Below are positions 20,873-30,916 of a DNA stretch of 64,000 bases, one piece after another. The position numbers and the translations under genes were made by a program. Origin of the DNA: Candidatus Uhrbacteria bacterium (GTDB taxonomy: Bacteria > Patescibacteriota > Patescibacteriia > UBA9934 > GWF2-40-263); contig JACPHU010000002.1 of the NCBI GenBank assembly GCA_016188495.1, forward strand, positions 111,466 through 175,465, in the 5' to 3' direction. Position 1 is the stretch's first letter. Each line of letters opens with the position of its first letter. The notes under the pieces were generated by a model. It did no database searches and was not told the origin of the DNA. It was given only the letters and a program-made list of their open reading frames with translations.

Positions 20873-22168
20873 ATGGCGATAACATCAAGATCTTTTCCTC
20901 GTTCTTTTTTTGTCTTATCTGTATGCTTAACAACGATTATTACCTTTAGTCTTGGATTTTTTATCGGAGAATCCAGAGGAGTTCAATCGGTTGTTCCGCA
21001 AGGTCAAGGACAGGTATTGGACCAGGGCGATGTTCCAAATTATCTTCAAGAAGATATTGATTTTAAGCAATTTTGGAATATTTGGAGTTTGGTCAAAGAA
21101 GAGTTTTACCGTCAGCCTGTTTCGGATATTGATTTGTATTATGGCGCACTCAAAGGCTTAGTGGCAGGATTAGACGATCCTTACTCTGTCTATTTTGATC
21201 CCGAAGAGGCTGCAGAATTCGCTGCTAATCTCGAGGGTTCTTTTGAAGGTATCGGTGCAGAAATCGGTATAAAAGATGACAAGCTTCAAATCGTTGCCCC
21301 TCTGAAAGGGATGCCAGCTGATCAGGCAGGTTTGCTTCCTGGGGACTGGATCGTGATGATTGATACAACAGAAACAACGGGGATGAGTGTTGAGAAAGCG
21401 ATTTCGCTTATTCGAGGAGAAAAGGGGACGGAAGTTGTGTTAACCATTAGTCGTGAAGGAACAAATGATTTAATGGAAGTTTCTATTATTCGCGATAAGA
21501 TTGTGGTTGATAGCGTAAAATGGACCACAGATGAACAAAACGTGATGACTATTTCTATTTCTACGTTTAATCATGACACATCAGCTCTTTTCACTCAGGC
21601 GATACAGCAGGCTCTTGAACAGAATGTTTCAGGGATTATCCTTGATCTGCGCAGCAATCCGGGAGGATTGCTCACCACAGCCATTGATATTTCTTCTGCC
21701 TGGGTAGGTTATGATCCTGTGGTGATCGAACGAACAAAACAAGAAGCCAATACCTTTAAGGGAATTATGCCACCACGCCTTCAGGGGATTCCTACGGTTA
21801 TTCTTGTGAATGGGGGAAGTGCTTCGGCCTCTGAAATTGTTTCCGGCGCTCTTCAGGATTACGGATATGCGACAGTGGTGGGAACCCAAACATTTGGAAA
21901 GGGTTCCGTGCAGGATTATCAAGAGCTTCCTGATGGATCTTCTGTAAAAATTACAACGGCTGAATGGTATACTCCAAAAGGACGTACGATTAACAAAACG
22001 GGTATTTCTCCAGACGTAGAGATCCCTTATTCTTTAGAGGAATATAAGGCAGGTATCGATCCTCAGCATGACGTTGCGTTAGAGATTATTTTTGGAACCT
22101 ATGACCCAAAACAAAACACGACCGAAGAAAGTGATCCCGCAAAAGATCCAGCAACGGGTATCAATTAG
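20873..22168 (+). CDS. S41 carboxyl-terminal processing protease (CtpA-like)
   Basis: DPYSVY, PDZ GIGAEI, DLRSNPGG, SASASEIV, TFGKGSVQ. Confidence 0.93.
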   Translation: MAITSRSFPRSFFVLSVCLTTIITFSLGFFIGESRGVQSVVPQGQGQVLDQGDVPNYLQEDIDFKQFWNIWSLVKEEFYRQPVSDIDLYYGALKGLVAGLDDPYSVYFDPEEAAEFAANLEGSFEGIGAEIGIKDDKLQIVAPLKGMPADQAGLLPGDWIVMIDTTETTGMSVEKAISLIRGEKGTEVVLTISREGTNDLMEVSIIRDKIVVDSVKWTTDEQNVMTISISTFNHDTSALFTQAIQQALEQNVSGIILDLRSNPGGLLTTAIDISSAWVGYDPVVIERTKQEANTFKGIMPPRLQGIPTVILVNGGSASASEIVSGALQDYGYATVVGTQTFGKGSVQDYQELPDGSSVKITTAEWYTPKGRTINKTGISPDVEIPYSLEEYKAGIDPQHDVALEIIFGTYDPKQNTTEESDPAKDPATGIN

Positions 22169-22643
22169 ACAGATTCCTGAACGTCCTTCCAAAAAAGAAC
22201 CTGTTCAACGAGAGGTATCTGCTGGGGGTATTGTGTTTCGTAAGGTAGGGAATACGATTTCTTTTGCCGTGATGAAAGATTCTTATGGGAAATGGACTTT
22301 TCCTAAAGGGCATGTGGAATTAGGCGAGGATTTAGAGGAAGCAGCTGCCCGTGAGACGCTCGAAGAATTGGGATTAGAACAAATTCGTTTGTTGGATTAT
22401 CTAGGGAAAATCGATATTTGGTTTCGGGATAAATTTCATAAAAAAGGACAGCTTATCCATAAGGATATCCATTATTATCTTTTCCAAACCCTTGCTGAGA
22501 GTCAACTTCATCCAGACCCTGAAGAACACGTCTATGAGGCAAAATGGGTTTCATTGAGTAAGGTTGAACGTGTTTCAAGCTACGCAGATATGGTACCCAT
22601 TGTGAAACGGGCTATTGAGATTTTGAAACAAACTCAAAGATAA
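22101..22643 (+). CDS. NUDIX hydrolase
   Basis: SAGGIV, FPKGHVELGEDLEEAAARETLEELG Nudix box. Confidence 0.88.
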   Translation: MTQNKTRPKKVIPQKIQQRVSIRQIPERPSKKEPVQREVSAGGIVFRKVGNTISFAVMKDSYGKWTFPKGHVELGEDLEEAAARETLEELGLEQIRLLDYLGKIDIWFRDKFHKKGQLIHKDIHYYLFQTLAESQLHPDPEEHVYEAKWVSLSKVERVSSYADMVPIVKRAIEILKQTQR

Positions 22644-22652
22644 ACTTTGTTT

Positions 22653-23036
22653 ATGAAGTTGACGTTTAGTGGACGTGTGGAACAAGGTGAAGGAATGGCC
22701 ACACGCTTGGGATGTCCCACGGCCAATATCGCTATAAAAGCAGGTCTTCTGATTCCAGGACTTGGTGTGTATGTTGGGGAAGCTGACTTGCAGGGAGTTC
22801 GATATCCGGCTCTTATTTGTATCAGCGACGGACGTACAGGAGTAAATTTAAAAATGGAGGTCCATTTACTTGGATTTAATCAAGATCTTACAGGCAAATA
22901 CCTTCACGTTATTCTTCACGAGAAACTGCGCGACATCGTTCCTTTTCCCGGAGAAGAAGAGATGGCTCGCATGATTGAGAACGATCTTTTTCAAGCTCGG
23001 GAATGGTTTGCTCACAAATCGACGTCCGCACTATGA
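22653..23036 (+). CDS. Stand-alone riboflavin kinase domain
   Basis: GRVEQGEG..LGCPTANI, GVY, EVHLLGF, KLRD. Confidence 0.85.
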   Translation: MKLTFSGRVEQGEGMATRLGCPTANIAIKAGLLIPGLGVYVGEADLQGVRYPALICISDGRTGVNLKMEVHLLGFNQDLTGKYLHVILHEKLRDIVPFPGEEEMARMIENDLFQAREWFAHKSTSAL

Positions 23037-23140
23037 GTATGATCTGCCAGCCAGGTTATAAACAGGTGTAAAATAAACCTGTTTTCAAATATTTAAGCCC
23101 ATGTTACTATTATCCCCGTAAAAATTAAGTTTTCTATTTT

Positions 23141-23422
23141 ATGGCAAAGATGACTAAGAGCCAATTCATGGCATCCTTCGGAGAGATGCTCGGCATTTCA
23201 AAAAAAGAGGCAACAGAGAAGTGGGAGGCATTTGTTGAAATGGCTTTGAAAGAAGTTCGTCAAGGCGGGGAGTTCAATCTTCCAAGCCTTGGAAAGCTTA
23301 TCAAAAAGACTCGTGCCGCTCGCACAGGTCGCAATCCATTGACAGGCGCTTCCATTCAAATTCCGGCAAAGACCGTTGTCAAATTCCGTGTTGCAAAATC
23401 TGCAAAGGATTCCGTACTTTAA
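23141..23422 (+). CDS. hup: HU family DNA-binding protein
   Basis: MTKSQ, RAARTGRNPLTG, IPAKTVVKF. Confidence 0.93.
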   Translation: MAKMTKSQFMASFGEMLGISKKEATEKWEAFVEMALKEVRQGGEFNLPSLGKLIKKTRAARTGRNPLTGASIQIPAKTVVKFRVAKSAKDSVL

Positions 23423-23481
23423 ATAAGTACGATAAAAGTCGCTTAAAAGAGCGACTTTTATATTTCTTTGATTAATTTTTT

Positions 23482-24597
23482 ATGCAAGATACCAAAGAAA
23501 AAGCGATTTTAATGGATTTAATTCATCCTCGTCTGGGAAAGGAACAAGCGTTAGAACGAATGGTTGAACTTGAGGAGTTGGTGAATACCTATGGAGGCAT
23601 TGTCATTGTGAAAGCCTGGCAGAAACGTTTTTCTCCACATCCAAAAACATATATCGGGACAGGAAAGGTGGAGCTATTAGGTCAGGAAGCAAAGACATTG
23701 GGGGCAAAATTATTGATTATCAATGCTCAACTTAAACCCCGCCAACTTTATGATCTCTCAGAAATGCTTAAACCGTTTAAGGTTCAGGTGTGGGATCGAA
23801 TTGATTTAATTCTGAAGATTTTTGCCAAGCATGCCCGTACCACTGAGGCAAAACTTGAAATTGAACTTGCATGTGTGCGTCATATGGGTCCCAGAATTTT
23901 TGGTATGGGTATGGAGTTATCTCGACAGGGTGGAGGAATTGGAACCGTAGGTATTGGTGAGACAAATATTGAACGCATGAAACGGCATTTAAAAGAGAAA
24001 GAACGACGTCTGAAAGACAAATTGAAAGCCTATGAAAACGGAAGGGAATTAACGCGTACACACAGAACTCGTCGCGGATTTAAGACTGTTTCTGTGGTTG
24101 GTTATACCAATGCCGGTAAAACAACGTTATTGAATGCCCTTACAGGCAGAAAGGAATATGTGGCAGATAAGTTATTTGCCACGCTTGATACTCGTGTGGG
24201 CCAGTTGTTCCTCCCACAGAGCCAGAGTGTTGCTCTTGTGTCTGATACGATTGGTTTTATTAAAGATCTTCCTCCGGAACTCCTTAATGCTTTTTCTTCC
24301 ACGTTATCGGAGGCTGTGGATGCAGATGTGCTTCTTCATGTGATTGACGGAAGCGATCCTGATTGGGAAAAGCGTTTTTATGTGGTTGAAAGCATTTTAA
24401 ATCAGTTAGGACTTGCAGCTACTCCTACGATTCTGGTGGTGAATAAAGAGGATCAAATATCTAAGGAAAGAAAGTCCACTATTGAGAAACAATGGCAAGA
24501 TCGAGAATTTTTTTGGATTTCTGCCGCTTCTGCTACAGGTCTTGAATTCTTGGTAGAGAAAATTGAACAGGTTTTTTTAGAAAAAACGTTTAAATAA
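23482..24597 (+). CDS. hflX: GTPase HflX
   Basis: GYTNAGKTTL, LFATLD, DTIGFI, LILKIFAKHA, GIGETNIE. Confidence 0.95.
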   Translation: MQDTKEKAILMDLIHPRLGKEQALERMVELEELVNTYGGIVIVKAWQKRFSPHPKTYIGTGKVELLGQEAKTLGAKLLIINAQLKPRQLYDLSEMLKPFKVQVWDRIDLILKIFAKHARTTEAKLEIELACVRHMGPRIFGMGMELSRQGGGIGTVGIGETNIERMKRHLKEKERRLKDKLKAYENGRELTRTHRTRRGFKTVSVVGYTNAGKTTLLNALTGRKEYVADKLFATLDTRVGQLFLPQSQSVALVSDTIGFIKDLPPELLNAFSSTLSEAVDADVLLHVIDGSDPDWEKRFYVVESILNQLGLAATPTILVVNKEDQISKERKSTIEKQWQDREFFWISAASATGLEFLVEKIEQVFLEKTFK

Positions 24598-24626
24598 AAA
24601 ATCAGCCCGGGAAGGCCGATTTTTTA

Positions 24627-24872
24627 TTAGCTCACTAACTCTGCTTTTTTCAGAGCAATCAGATCGTAAGGCTTTCCTTCTCGATCCCATTTTTTGAGCG
24701 TTCGTAATCCTCTTGTAGAAATAATGACCGTGACGGTGCGACCAGTAGATGGGTCTACAAGTCGTTTTTTCTGCAAATTAGGATAGAGTTTACGCTTGGT
24801 TTTGACGTTAGAGTGAGAAACATTGTACCCCGTCGTCGTTTTTTTACCGGTAATAATGCAGGAATGGGACAT
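24627..24872 (-). CDS. rpmB: 50S ribosomal protein L28
   Basis: C.ITGK...GYNVSHSNVKTKRKLYPNLQ. Confidence 0.95.
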   Translation of the reverse strand: MSHSCIITGKKTTTGYNVSHSNVKTKRKLYPNLQKKRLVDPSTGRTVTVIISTRGLRTLKKWDREGKPYDLIALKKAELVS

Positions 24873-24930
24873 AAACAGTATGGTTTAATGATGTGAGGAG
24901 TATAACTGAACGCTTTAAAAGTGTCCAGAT

Positions 24931-25002
24931 GAGACTGTTACAAAACTAGCGATCTTGCCTGCCTACCGGTAGGTAGGTCTCATCGAGTTTTGTAACAGTC
25001 TC
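24931..25002 (+). mobile_element. Hairpin element, family copy (shortest)
   Basis: 17-bp perfect IR GAGACTGTTACAAAACT; inner GCGATCTTGCC..TCTCATCG; core palindrome CCTGCCTACCGGTAGGTAGG. Confidence 0.7.
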
Positions 25003-25050
25003 TCACGTAACAATCTCAAGATCCTATTTTTATGTTAAAATAGCTTTAAT

Positions 25051-25587
25051 ATGCAGCAAAATCTTCCAAAGTCCTGGATTTTTGTTTTTTTGGTGGTAAC
25101 GACACTAGTGATCGTCATTCTTCTGATTGGTCCAGAAAAACAAATTTCTAAGCAAAAACAAGTGGAACAGTCTCAGCAAACCACGGAACCATCCAGATCC
25201 ACTACGTTTGAATCTATGTTGGAAGCTGCGGACAATGCTATTTATGTTGAGAACCAAAAAACGGGAGCATCCTCTGTACAGATAGGATTCGTTGTCCTTT
25301 CCCGTCCGGGCTATGTCGTTGTTTTTAATGATCAGCAAGGAATTCCTGGATCTGTGATCGGTCAATCCGATCTCCTCTCCTCAGGCGGAGAACATTTTGC
25401 TATACCAGTGAGCAATCCTCTTCAAGAAGGGGAAGTCTACTATGCCATACTCTATCACGACGACGGAGATGAGCGATTGCGTTTAGAGAAAGACGTGCAG
25501 GTCACTGATAGTCAAAATTCAGTCATTCTGATGAATTTTATTGCCTCGCAAGAGGCAGAACCTGAACAAGGAGCCATTGCTCCTTGA
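25051..25587 (+). CDS. Membrane-anchored hypothetical protein
   Basis: N-terminal TM; TGTTAAAAT 9 nt upstream; YYAILYHDDGD. Confidence 0.7.
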   Translation: MQQNLPKSWIFVFLVVTTLVIVILLIGPEKQISKQKQVEQSQQTTEPSRSTTFESMLEAADNAIYVENQKTGASSVQIGFVVLSRPGYVVVFNDQQGIPGSVIGQSDLLSSGGEHFAIPVSNPLQEGEVYYAILYHDDGDERLRLEKDVQVTDSQNSVILMNFIASQEAEPEQGAIAP

Positions 25588-25671
25588 AGATTTCTTTCAT
25601 TTAGAGTATCTTCGGCAAAGGATTATCGCAGGTACGTGGTAATCTGTTGGTCGTTCTTTGGAGACAGTAAC

Positions 25672-26106
25672 ATGTCCAGACTCAGATCTCATCAGGTAGG
25701 CCATGGTTCCGGTTCTCCAGCAACCACGAGCAAGAAGGATGCTTACAGCGCTTTTCAATCGCTCAGTGGTCGATTCAAAGCAGGTGGAGAGATTCATGGG
25801 GAAGAGCTGTTTGAGTTGGCGGTTTCTACCACAAGGAATTTTTCCGGCATGGATAGTACCCAGGTTCTGGAAATTTTCCATTTTCTTTTGAGTTTTCGGG
25901 TACGAATGGATGAGAGAGATATCCGTTCTTTTTCCAACAAGATCGAGAAGATCGCCAGATACCTGTCTCCTAAGATTTCACGAAACGGGGAGATGATTCT
26001 CAACCCATTTCTCGGCCGTCTGACGACAGGGCATCAGCTTCGTACCACGATCAACAGAGAAGCCACTCGCGTCGGGCAGATCGAGGCGGCGCTCGTCTTC
26101 GTCTGA
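25672..26106 (+). CDS. Hypothetical protein
   Basis: GGAG SD before ATG 25672; terminator-like hairpin downstream. Confidence 0.5.
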   Translation: MSRLRSHQVGHGSGSPATTSKKDAYSAFQSLSGRFKAGGEIHGEELFELAVSTTRNFSGMDSTQVLEIFHFLLSFRVRMDERDIRSFSNKIEKIARYLSPKISRNGEMILNPFLGRLTTGHQLRTTINREATRVGQIEAALVFV

Positions 26107-26182
26107 TCTTTTTTCCCTCTTGCTTGAGTCCAGCTATTGAGTTGGGCTCTTTTTTGTTTTTGTGTGTTAAAATGAACTGACT

Positions 26183-26929
26183 ATGCATACCAAAAAAAAT
26201 ACGTTACAGAAAGAATTCATTGAGTCTGACTCTGAAGGACATCTTTTTTGTCGACTTCCTCTTGCTCCGGATGAAAATCGTTCACAACCTCCAAAGCTTT
26301 ATGAAATCACCTGGCGCATTTTTCGTATCATGGCCGAGTTTGTAGAGGGATTTCAATTTCTTTCTGAATCAAGTCGAGAAGTCACGTTTTTCGGATCAGC
26401 CAGACTCAAAAAGAGTCATCGTTGGTATAAGGAGGCGGAGAAACTCGGCAAGATGCTGGCTCAGTGCGGATTCACCGTTATTACAGGAGGAGGCCCTGGA
26501 ATTATGGAGGCAGGGAATAAAGGGGCAAAAGAAGGTGGAGGGGTTTCTATTGGATTAAATATCCAGTTACCAACAGAACAGCGTATTAATCCTTACGTCA
26601 CCAAAGGTCGAGGGTTTCATTATTTTTTTACCAGAAAAGTCATGTTGGCCGCTTCGGCTCAAGCCTACGTTTATTTCCCTGGCGGATTTGGAACCCTCGA
26701 TGAGTTTTTTGAGATCGTGACGCTTATCCAAACAGGTAAAATGCAACGTATTCCCGTTGTGTGCGTAGGGAAAGAATTTTGGTCAGGTTTGTTTGAGTGG
26801 TCACAAAAAGTTCAGCTTGAAAAACTCAAAGTTATTTCCGCAAAAGATATGGATCTTTTTCATGTGGTAGATACAGCTCAGGAGGCCTTTGATATTATCA
26901 CCACTTCTCCCGATCGATCTTTTTTTTAA
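26183..26929 (+). CDS. LOG family protein (TIGR00730-type Rossmann fold)
   Basis: FFGSAR, TGGGPGIMEAGNKGA, RKVML, PGGFGTLDE. Confidence 0.92.
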   Translation: MHTKKNTLQKEFIESDSEGHLFCRLPLAPDENRSQPPKLYEITWRIFRIMAEFVEGFQFLSESSREVTFFGSARLKKSHRWYKEAEKLGKMLAQCGFTVITGGGPGIMEAGNKGAKEGGGVSIGLNIQLPTEQRINPYVTKGRGFHYFFTRKVMLAASAQAYVYFPGGFGTLDEFFEIVTLIQTGKMQRIPVVCVGKEFWSGLFEWSQKVQLEKLKVISAKDMDLFHVVDTAQEAFDIITTSPDRSFF

Positions 26930-26932
26930 GAT

Positions 26933-28279
26933 ATGGAACCATTGCGAGTCGCACAAAAAGCTCAAGCATGGGTTGTGGATGTGAACATGGGATATGGTCA
27001 TTCCCGTGCTGCTTACGCATTAAAAGATCTCTCCGCCGGCAGTATTGTTTCTGCAAACGATTATTCGGGTATTCCTCCACAGGATCGAACCTACTGGCAG
27101 GAGAGTCGGGAATTGTACGAATGGATTTCTCGAATGAAACCTATTCCCGTGGTTGGAAATTTTTTGTTTGAGACCATGGATCATTGGCAGCAAATTCCTT
27201 CCTTTTATCCTCGACGAGATTTATCTAAACCCAATACTCAGCTTAAACAAATTTATCGTCTGATTCACAAAGGTTTTGGAAAGCATTTTATCCAGACACT
27301 TTCTCGAACTCCTCTTCCGTTTGTCACAACGTTTTTTATCCCCGCTTTTTTTGCTGATTATTTTGATTATCCAGGCGACATTTGGTGTGTGACCACTGAT
27401 GCGGATATTTCTCGTGCATGGGCGCCGATGGATCCACAGCGCAGTCGGATTAAGTATTTGGCCAGCAATGGCCGTGTGGTAGAACGCCTTAAGCTTTATG
27501 GAGTGCGTGATGATCATATTTTTCTTTCCGGATTTCCTCTTCCAAAAGAACTCGTTGGTGGCCCAACAGGCGAAGTATTAAAAGATTTGCTGACAGAACG
27601 TCTGTGCAATTTAGATCCGAAGGGGATTTTTCATGCTCGTTATGAACGCACTTTGCGAGCACAACTAGGCCCTGCCCGCTGTAAACGAACAACCGCTGCT
27701 CATCCGCTTACTCTTACTTATAGCGTTGGAGGAGCAGGAGCCCAGCGAGCGTTAGGAGTAAAAATTCTTCAAAGTTTGAAGTCGCGGATTGCTCGTCACG
27801 AAATTCGTTTCAATTTATTACCCGGATATCGAAAAGATGCCGCTGTGTACTATCGAAACGCGGTAAAGGAGATCGGATTAAAAAAAGAGTTAGGTAGCTG
27901 GGTCGTCGTTCCTGAACATACCTCGCGAGCTGATTATTTTTCTGATTTTACAGAAATTCTCAAAACAACAGATATTCTTTGGACAAAACCAAGCGAGCTT
28001 TCTTTTTATTGCGGATTGGGAATAGCGATGATCATGGCTCCCCCTATCGGTTCTCAGGAAGATTTTAATCGTGTCTGGCTTAGTTATGTTGGAGGAGGAG
28101 TTTCCCAAAACGATCCTCGATATACCAGTGAATGGCTCTTTGATTGGATCGATTCAGGAGGCGTCGCGCGCATGGCGTGGAATGGGTACATTGAAGCTCC
28201 AACGCACGGAACGTATCGTATCGAAGATTTGGTTTTGGGAAGAAAAAGCGAACTTCATTCATTACCGCTTATTGTGTAA
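26933..28279 (+). CDS. GT-B glycosyltransferase-like protein (MGDG synthase/GT28-like)
   Basis: MGYGHSRAA, VTTDAD, SGFPL, VGGAGA, TKPSEL, PIGSQE..N. Confidence 0.65.
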   Translation: MEPLRVAQKAQAWVVDVNMGYGHSRAAYALKDLSAGSIVSANDYSGIPPQDRTYWQESRELYEWISRMKPIPVVGNFLFETMDHWQQIPSFYPRRDLSKPNTQLKQIYRLIHKGFGKHFIQTLSRTPLPFVTTFFIPAFFADYFDYPGDIWCVTTDADISRAWAPMDPQRSRIKYLASNGRVVERLKLYGVRDDHIFLSGFPLPKELVGGPTGEVLKDLLTERLCNLDPKGIFHARYERTLRAQLGPARCKRTTAAHPLTLTYSVGGAGAQRALGVKILQSLKSRIARHEIRFNLLPGYRKDAAVYYRNAVKEIGLKKELGSWVVVPEHTSRADYFSDFTEILKTTDILWTKPSELSFYCGLGIAMIMAPPIGSQEDFNRVWLSYVGGGVSQNDPRYTSEWLFDWIDSGGVARMAWNGYIEAPTHGTYRIEDLVLGRKSELHSLPLIV

Positions 28280-28281
28280 CT

Positions 28282-29862
28282 ATGGACAAAGCGTTAGAAC
28301 ATTTGTTGAACACGATTGTTCAAACAAGGCATCAGACAGAGCTTTCTGAAAAAGAGGAAGATGTCATTAAAGTCTCAGACACCGTTTCTGCGGCTGCCTC
28401 TGTTTATGAAACCGTTCGTAATACACTGGAATACGACGAAGAACATTTGCTTCGACGAAATGCGATCCGTCGTATTTTAAAACGCTGTCTTGTCGAGGGC
28501 TCTCAAGCCCAAATGGCCGGAACGCTTGTTAAGGAATTAATCTGGGCAAGATATCTTCCCAATGGTCGGGTCCCCACCAAAGTTATTGAAAAAGTTGAGT
28601 TGATTTTAGAAAAATACAGCGTCCTTTTTGGAATACTCGAATCGGAAACATCGCAAGGACAGCAAGGGTACGATTGGTTGCTTGATGCGGCTTCCGTAGA
28701 AATGGAATATTTTCTTGTTCCTCCTTCGATCGATGAGGCTCTTGCCAGTTTCGCGTATCAGGAGTTGAAGCGTCGTGTGGACTGGCAGACCCATTCTTTT
28801 CCAGAGGCAGACCGCGACCTCCAACTCTACATCGCCATTCATCGAAGTGTCCTGAATTCAAATCCCGCCACGCTTCGTTATCGTCTCTTAACTCTCTATT
28901 ATCCACATTGGCGCAAAGCAAAAAAAGACGATCTTGTTGTGAAGGAAATCATGACGAATTTGCCCAAAGTGATTGATTCCATCGAAAAGCAAATAGGGCA
29001 TTCTGCACAAGATGACGTTTACCGTTTCATTCGTCGGCATGCCATTATTTTTCACTTGCTCTGCGATATCGCCAAAGATAATCCAGAAGCCTTTACGACT
29101 TCGCTCGTGAGCGGGGATATGGAAAGCATCGATGCAGCCATCACCAAGGCTGCGGAGGCACGTTATGCTCTTTTTAGAAGCAGACTAACAAGAACCGTGA
29201 TGCGAGCCGCATTCTTTTTGTTGCTCACCAAATCCATTCTCGCGTTTTTAGTGGAATATCCTTATGAGGTGTTTATTCTTCAGACGACCGATTTTTTTCC
29301 TTTAACCGTTAATATTCTTTTCCCCCCAATTCTTCTTTCTTTGATTAGTTTAACGATTCGTATCCCCAAATCTGAAAATACCGCTCGGATTCTGGAAGAA
29401 CTTCATGCCATTTTTGGGACAGGAGATGAATTCTCTATTGTATTTAAACGTCGTCGAGCCTGGGGAGGGGTTCTTTGGTGGATATTCAACGGACTCTATC
29501 TCTTGATTCTCGTGTTAATGATTTGGCTGATTGTTTCCACACTCAGAACGTTTCATTTTAACGGATTGTCCATATTCTTTTTTATCTTCTTTCTTTCTTT
29601 AGTTGCGTATTTTGGTTTGCGTATCCGTAATACCCGTCGTGAGTTGGTAGTGATCGATATGTCTCGAGGGATGTTTGGTACGCTTATGGACGTTCTCTTT
29701 CTTCCTATCATTCGAGCTGGTCGTTGGGTTGCCTTGCGGGCGCCGCGAGTGAATATTTTTCTGTTCTTTTTTGATTTTATTATTGAAGCGCCCTTTAAGA
29801 CGGCTATTGGTATTGTGGAAAGTTGGTTGGGGTTCTTACGAGAAAAACGAGAAGAGATTTAG
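28282..29862 (+). CDS. Conserved hypothetical membrane protein
   Basis: YETVRNTLEYDEEHLLRRNAIRRIL; C-terminal TMs and FDFIIEAPFK. Confidence 0.75.
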   Translation: MDKALEHLLNTIVQTRHQTELSEKEEDVIKVSDTVSAAASVYETVRNTLEYDEEHLLRRNAIRRILKRCLVEGSQAQMAGTLVKELIWARYLPNGRVPTKVIEKVELILEKYSVLFGILESETSQGQQGYDWLLDAASVEMEYFLVPPSIDEALASFAYQELKRRVDWQTHSFPEADRDLQLYIAIHRSVLNSNPATLRYRLLTLYYPHWRKAKKDDLVVKEIMTNLPKVIDSIEKQIGHSAQDDVYRFIRRHAIIFHLLCDIAKDNPEAFTTSLVSGDMESIDAAITKAAEARYALFRSRLTRTVMRAAFFLLLTKSILAFLVEYPYEVFILQTTDFFPLTVNILFPPILLSLISLTIRIPKSENTARILEELHAIFGTGDEFSIVFKRRRAWGGVLWWIFNGLYLLILVLMIWLIVSTLRTFHFNGLSIFFFIFFLSLVAYFGLRIRNTRRELVVIDMSRGMFGTLMDVLFLPIIRAGRWVALRAPRVNIFLFFFDFIIEAPFKTAIGIVESWLGFLREKREEI

Positions 29863-29908
29863 GGAGGTACTTTTAGAGAGATTTCTCTCGACTTTATATT
29901 AAATAATC

Positions 29909-30904
29909 ATGCACGACCCTCGTCGTAAAAAGTTTTTTTCTCTTTTTTTAGGATCTCTGTTTCTTTTGGCTGTCGTTTTTTTTACCTATACGTTTTTGTG
30001 GATTCAGACAGCATCCGATACAGAGCCTGTTTTTGGGATTACCTATTCATGGGTTTATGCTCGCCAGCTAGGATTAGATCCGCGCCAGACCTATCACGAT
30101 CTGATTGAAGATCTACAGGTTCGTTCCGTCCGGCTTCCTCTCTACTGGTCTGAGATTGAGCCAAAACAAGGAGAGTTTGATTGGACTCTTCCCGATGAGT
30201 TTATCCAGTTTTCTCAGGATTATGAGATAAAACTCACTGTGGTCATTGGGGCTAAGGTTCCTCGTTGGCCTGAATGTTTTATTCCTGATTGGGCAGAACA
30301 ATTAGATCCTTCCCAGAAGAGACAAGCATTAGATTCTTTTTTGGAAAAAGTTGTTCAACGCTACAAGCGTTTTCCAACCATCATCCGCTGGCAGATAGAA
30401 AACGAACCTTTTTTCCCTTTTGGGGAATGTCCGAATCTTTCCCAAACGGAATTTCAAGAACACGTGAATCTTGTGCGTTCGTTTGATGATCGGCCTATTC
30501 AAGTCTCTGTCAGTGGTGAACTTGGATCTTGGTCAGAGGCTGCGCGCTCGGCAGACATTCTTGGAATTTCCTTATATCGTCAAACATGGAATCCTTTTTT
30601 TGGTTATATAATCTATCCGCTGACTCCTGATTATTATTTTTTTCGTTCGCATCTGATACAAAAATTCGTCCCTCAGGTGATCATTTCCGAGTTACAAGCT
30701 GAGCCTTGGTTTTCAGATTCCATTCAATCACGATCTCTCACTGACTGGTATAAGATGTTTACGGTTGAAATGTTTGAACACAATGTTCAGTTTGCTCGCA
30801 AGACCGGATTGGGAGAAGTCTATTTATGGGGAGCTGAATGGTGGTATAGACTGAAAGAAAGCGGGGATGATCGTTTATGGGAAGCTGCCAGATCTCTTTT
30901 TTAA
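29909..30904 (+). CDS. Clan GH-A glycoside hydrolase, membrane anchored
   Basis: VRLPLYWSEIEP, WQIENEP (acid/base), ISELQAEPW (nucleophile). Confidence 0.8.
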   Translation: MHDPRRKKFFSLFLGSLFLLAVVFFTYTFLWIQTASDTEPVFGITYSWVYARQLGLDPRQTYHDLIEDLQVRSVRLPLYWSEIEPKQGEFDWTLPDEFIQFSQDYEIKLTVVIGAKVPRWPECFIPDWAEQLDPSQKRQALDSFLEKVVQRYKRFPTIIRWQIENEPFFPFGECPNLSQTEFQEHVNLVRSFDDRPIQVSVSGELGSWSEAARSADILGISLYRQTWNPFFGYIIYPLTPDYYFFRSHLIQKFVPQVIISELQAEPWFSDSIQSRSLTDWYKMFTVEMFEHNVQFARKTGLGEVYLWGAEWWYRLKESGDDRLWEAARSLF

Positions 30905-30916
30905 ATATCGATCTTT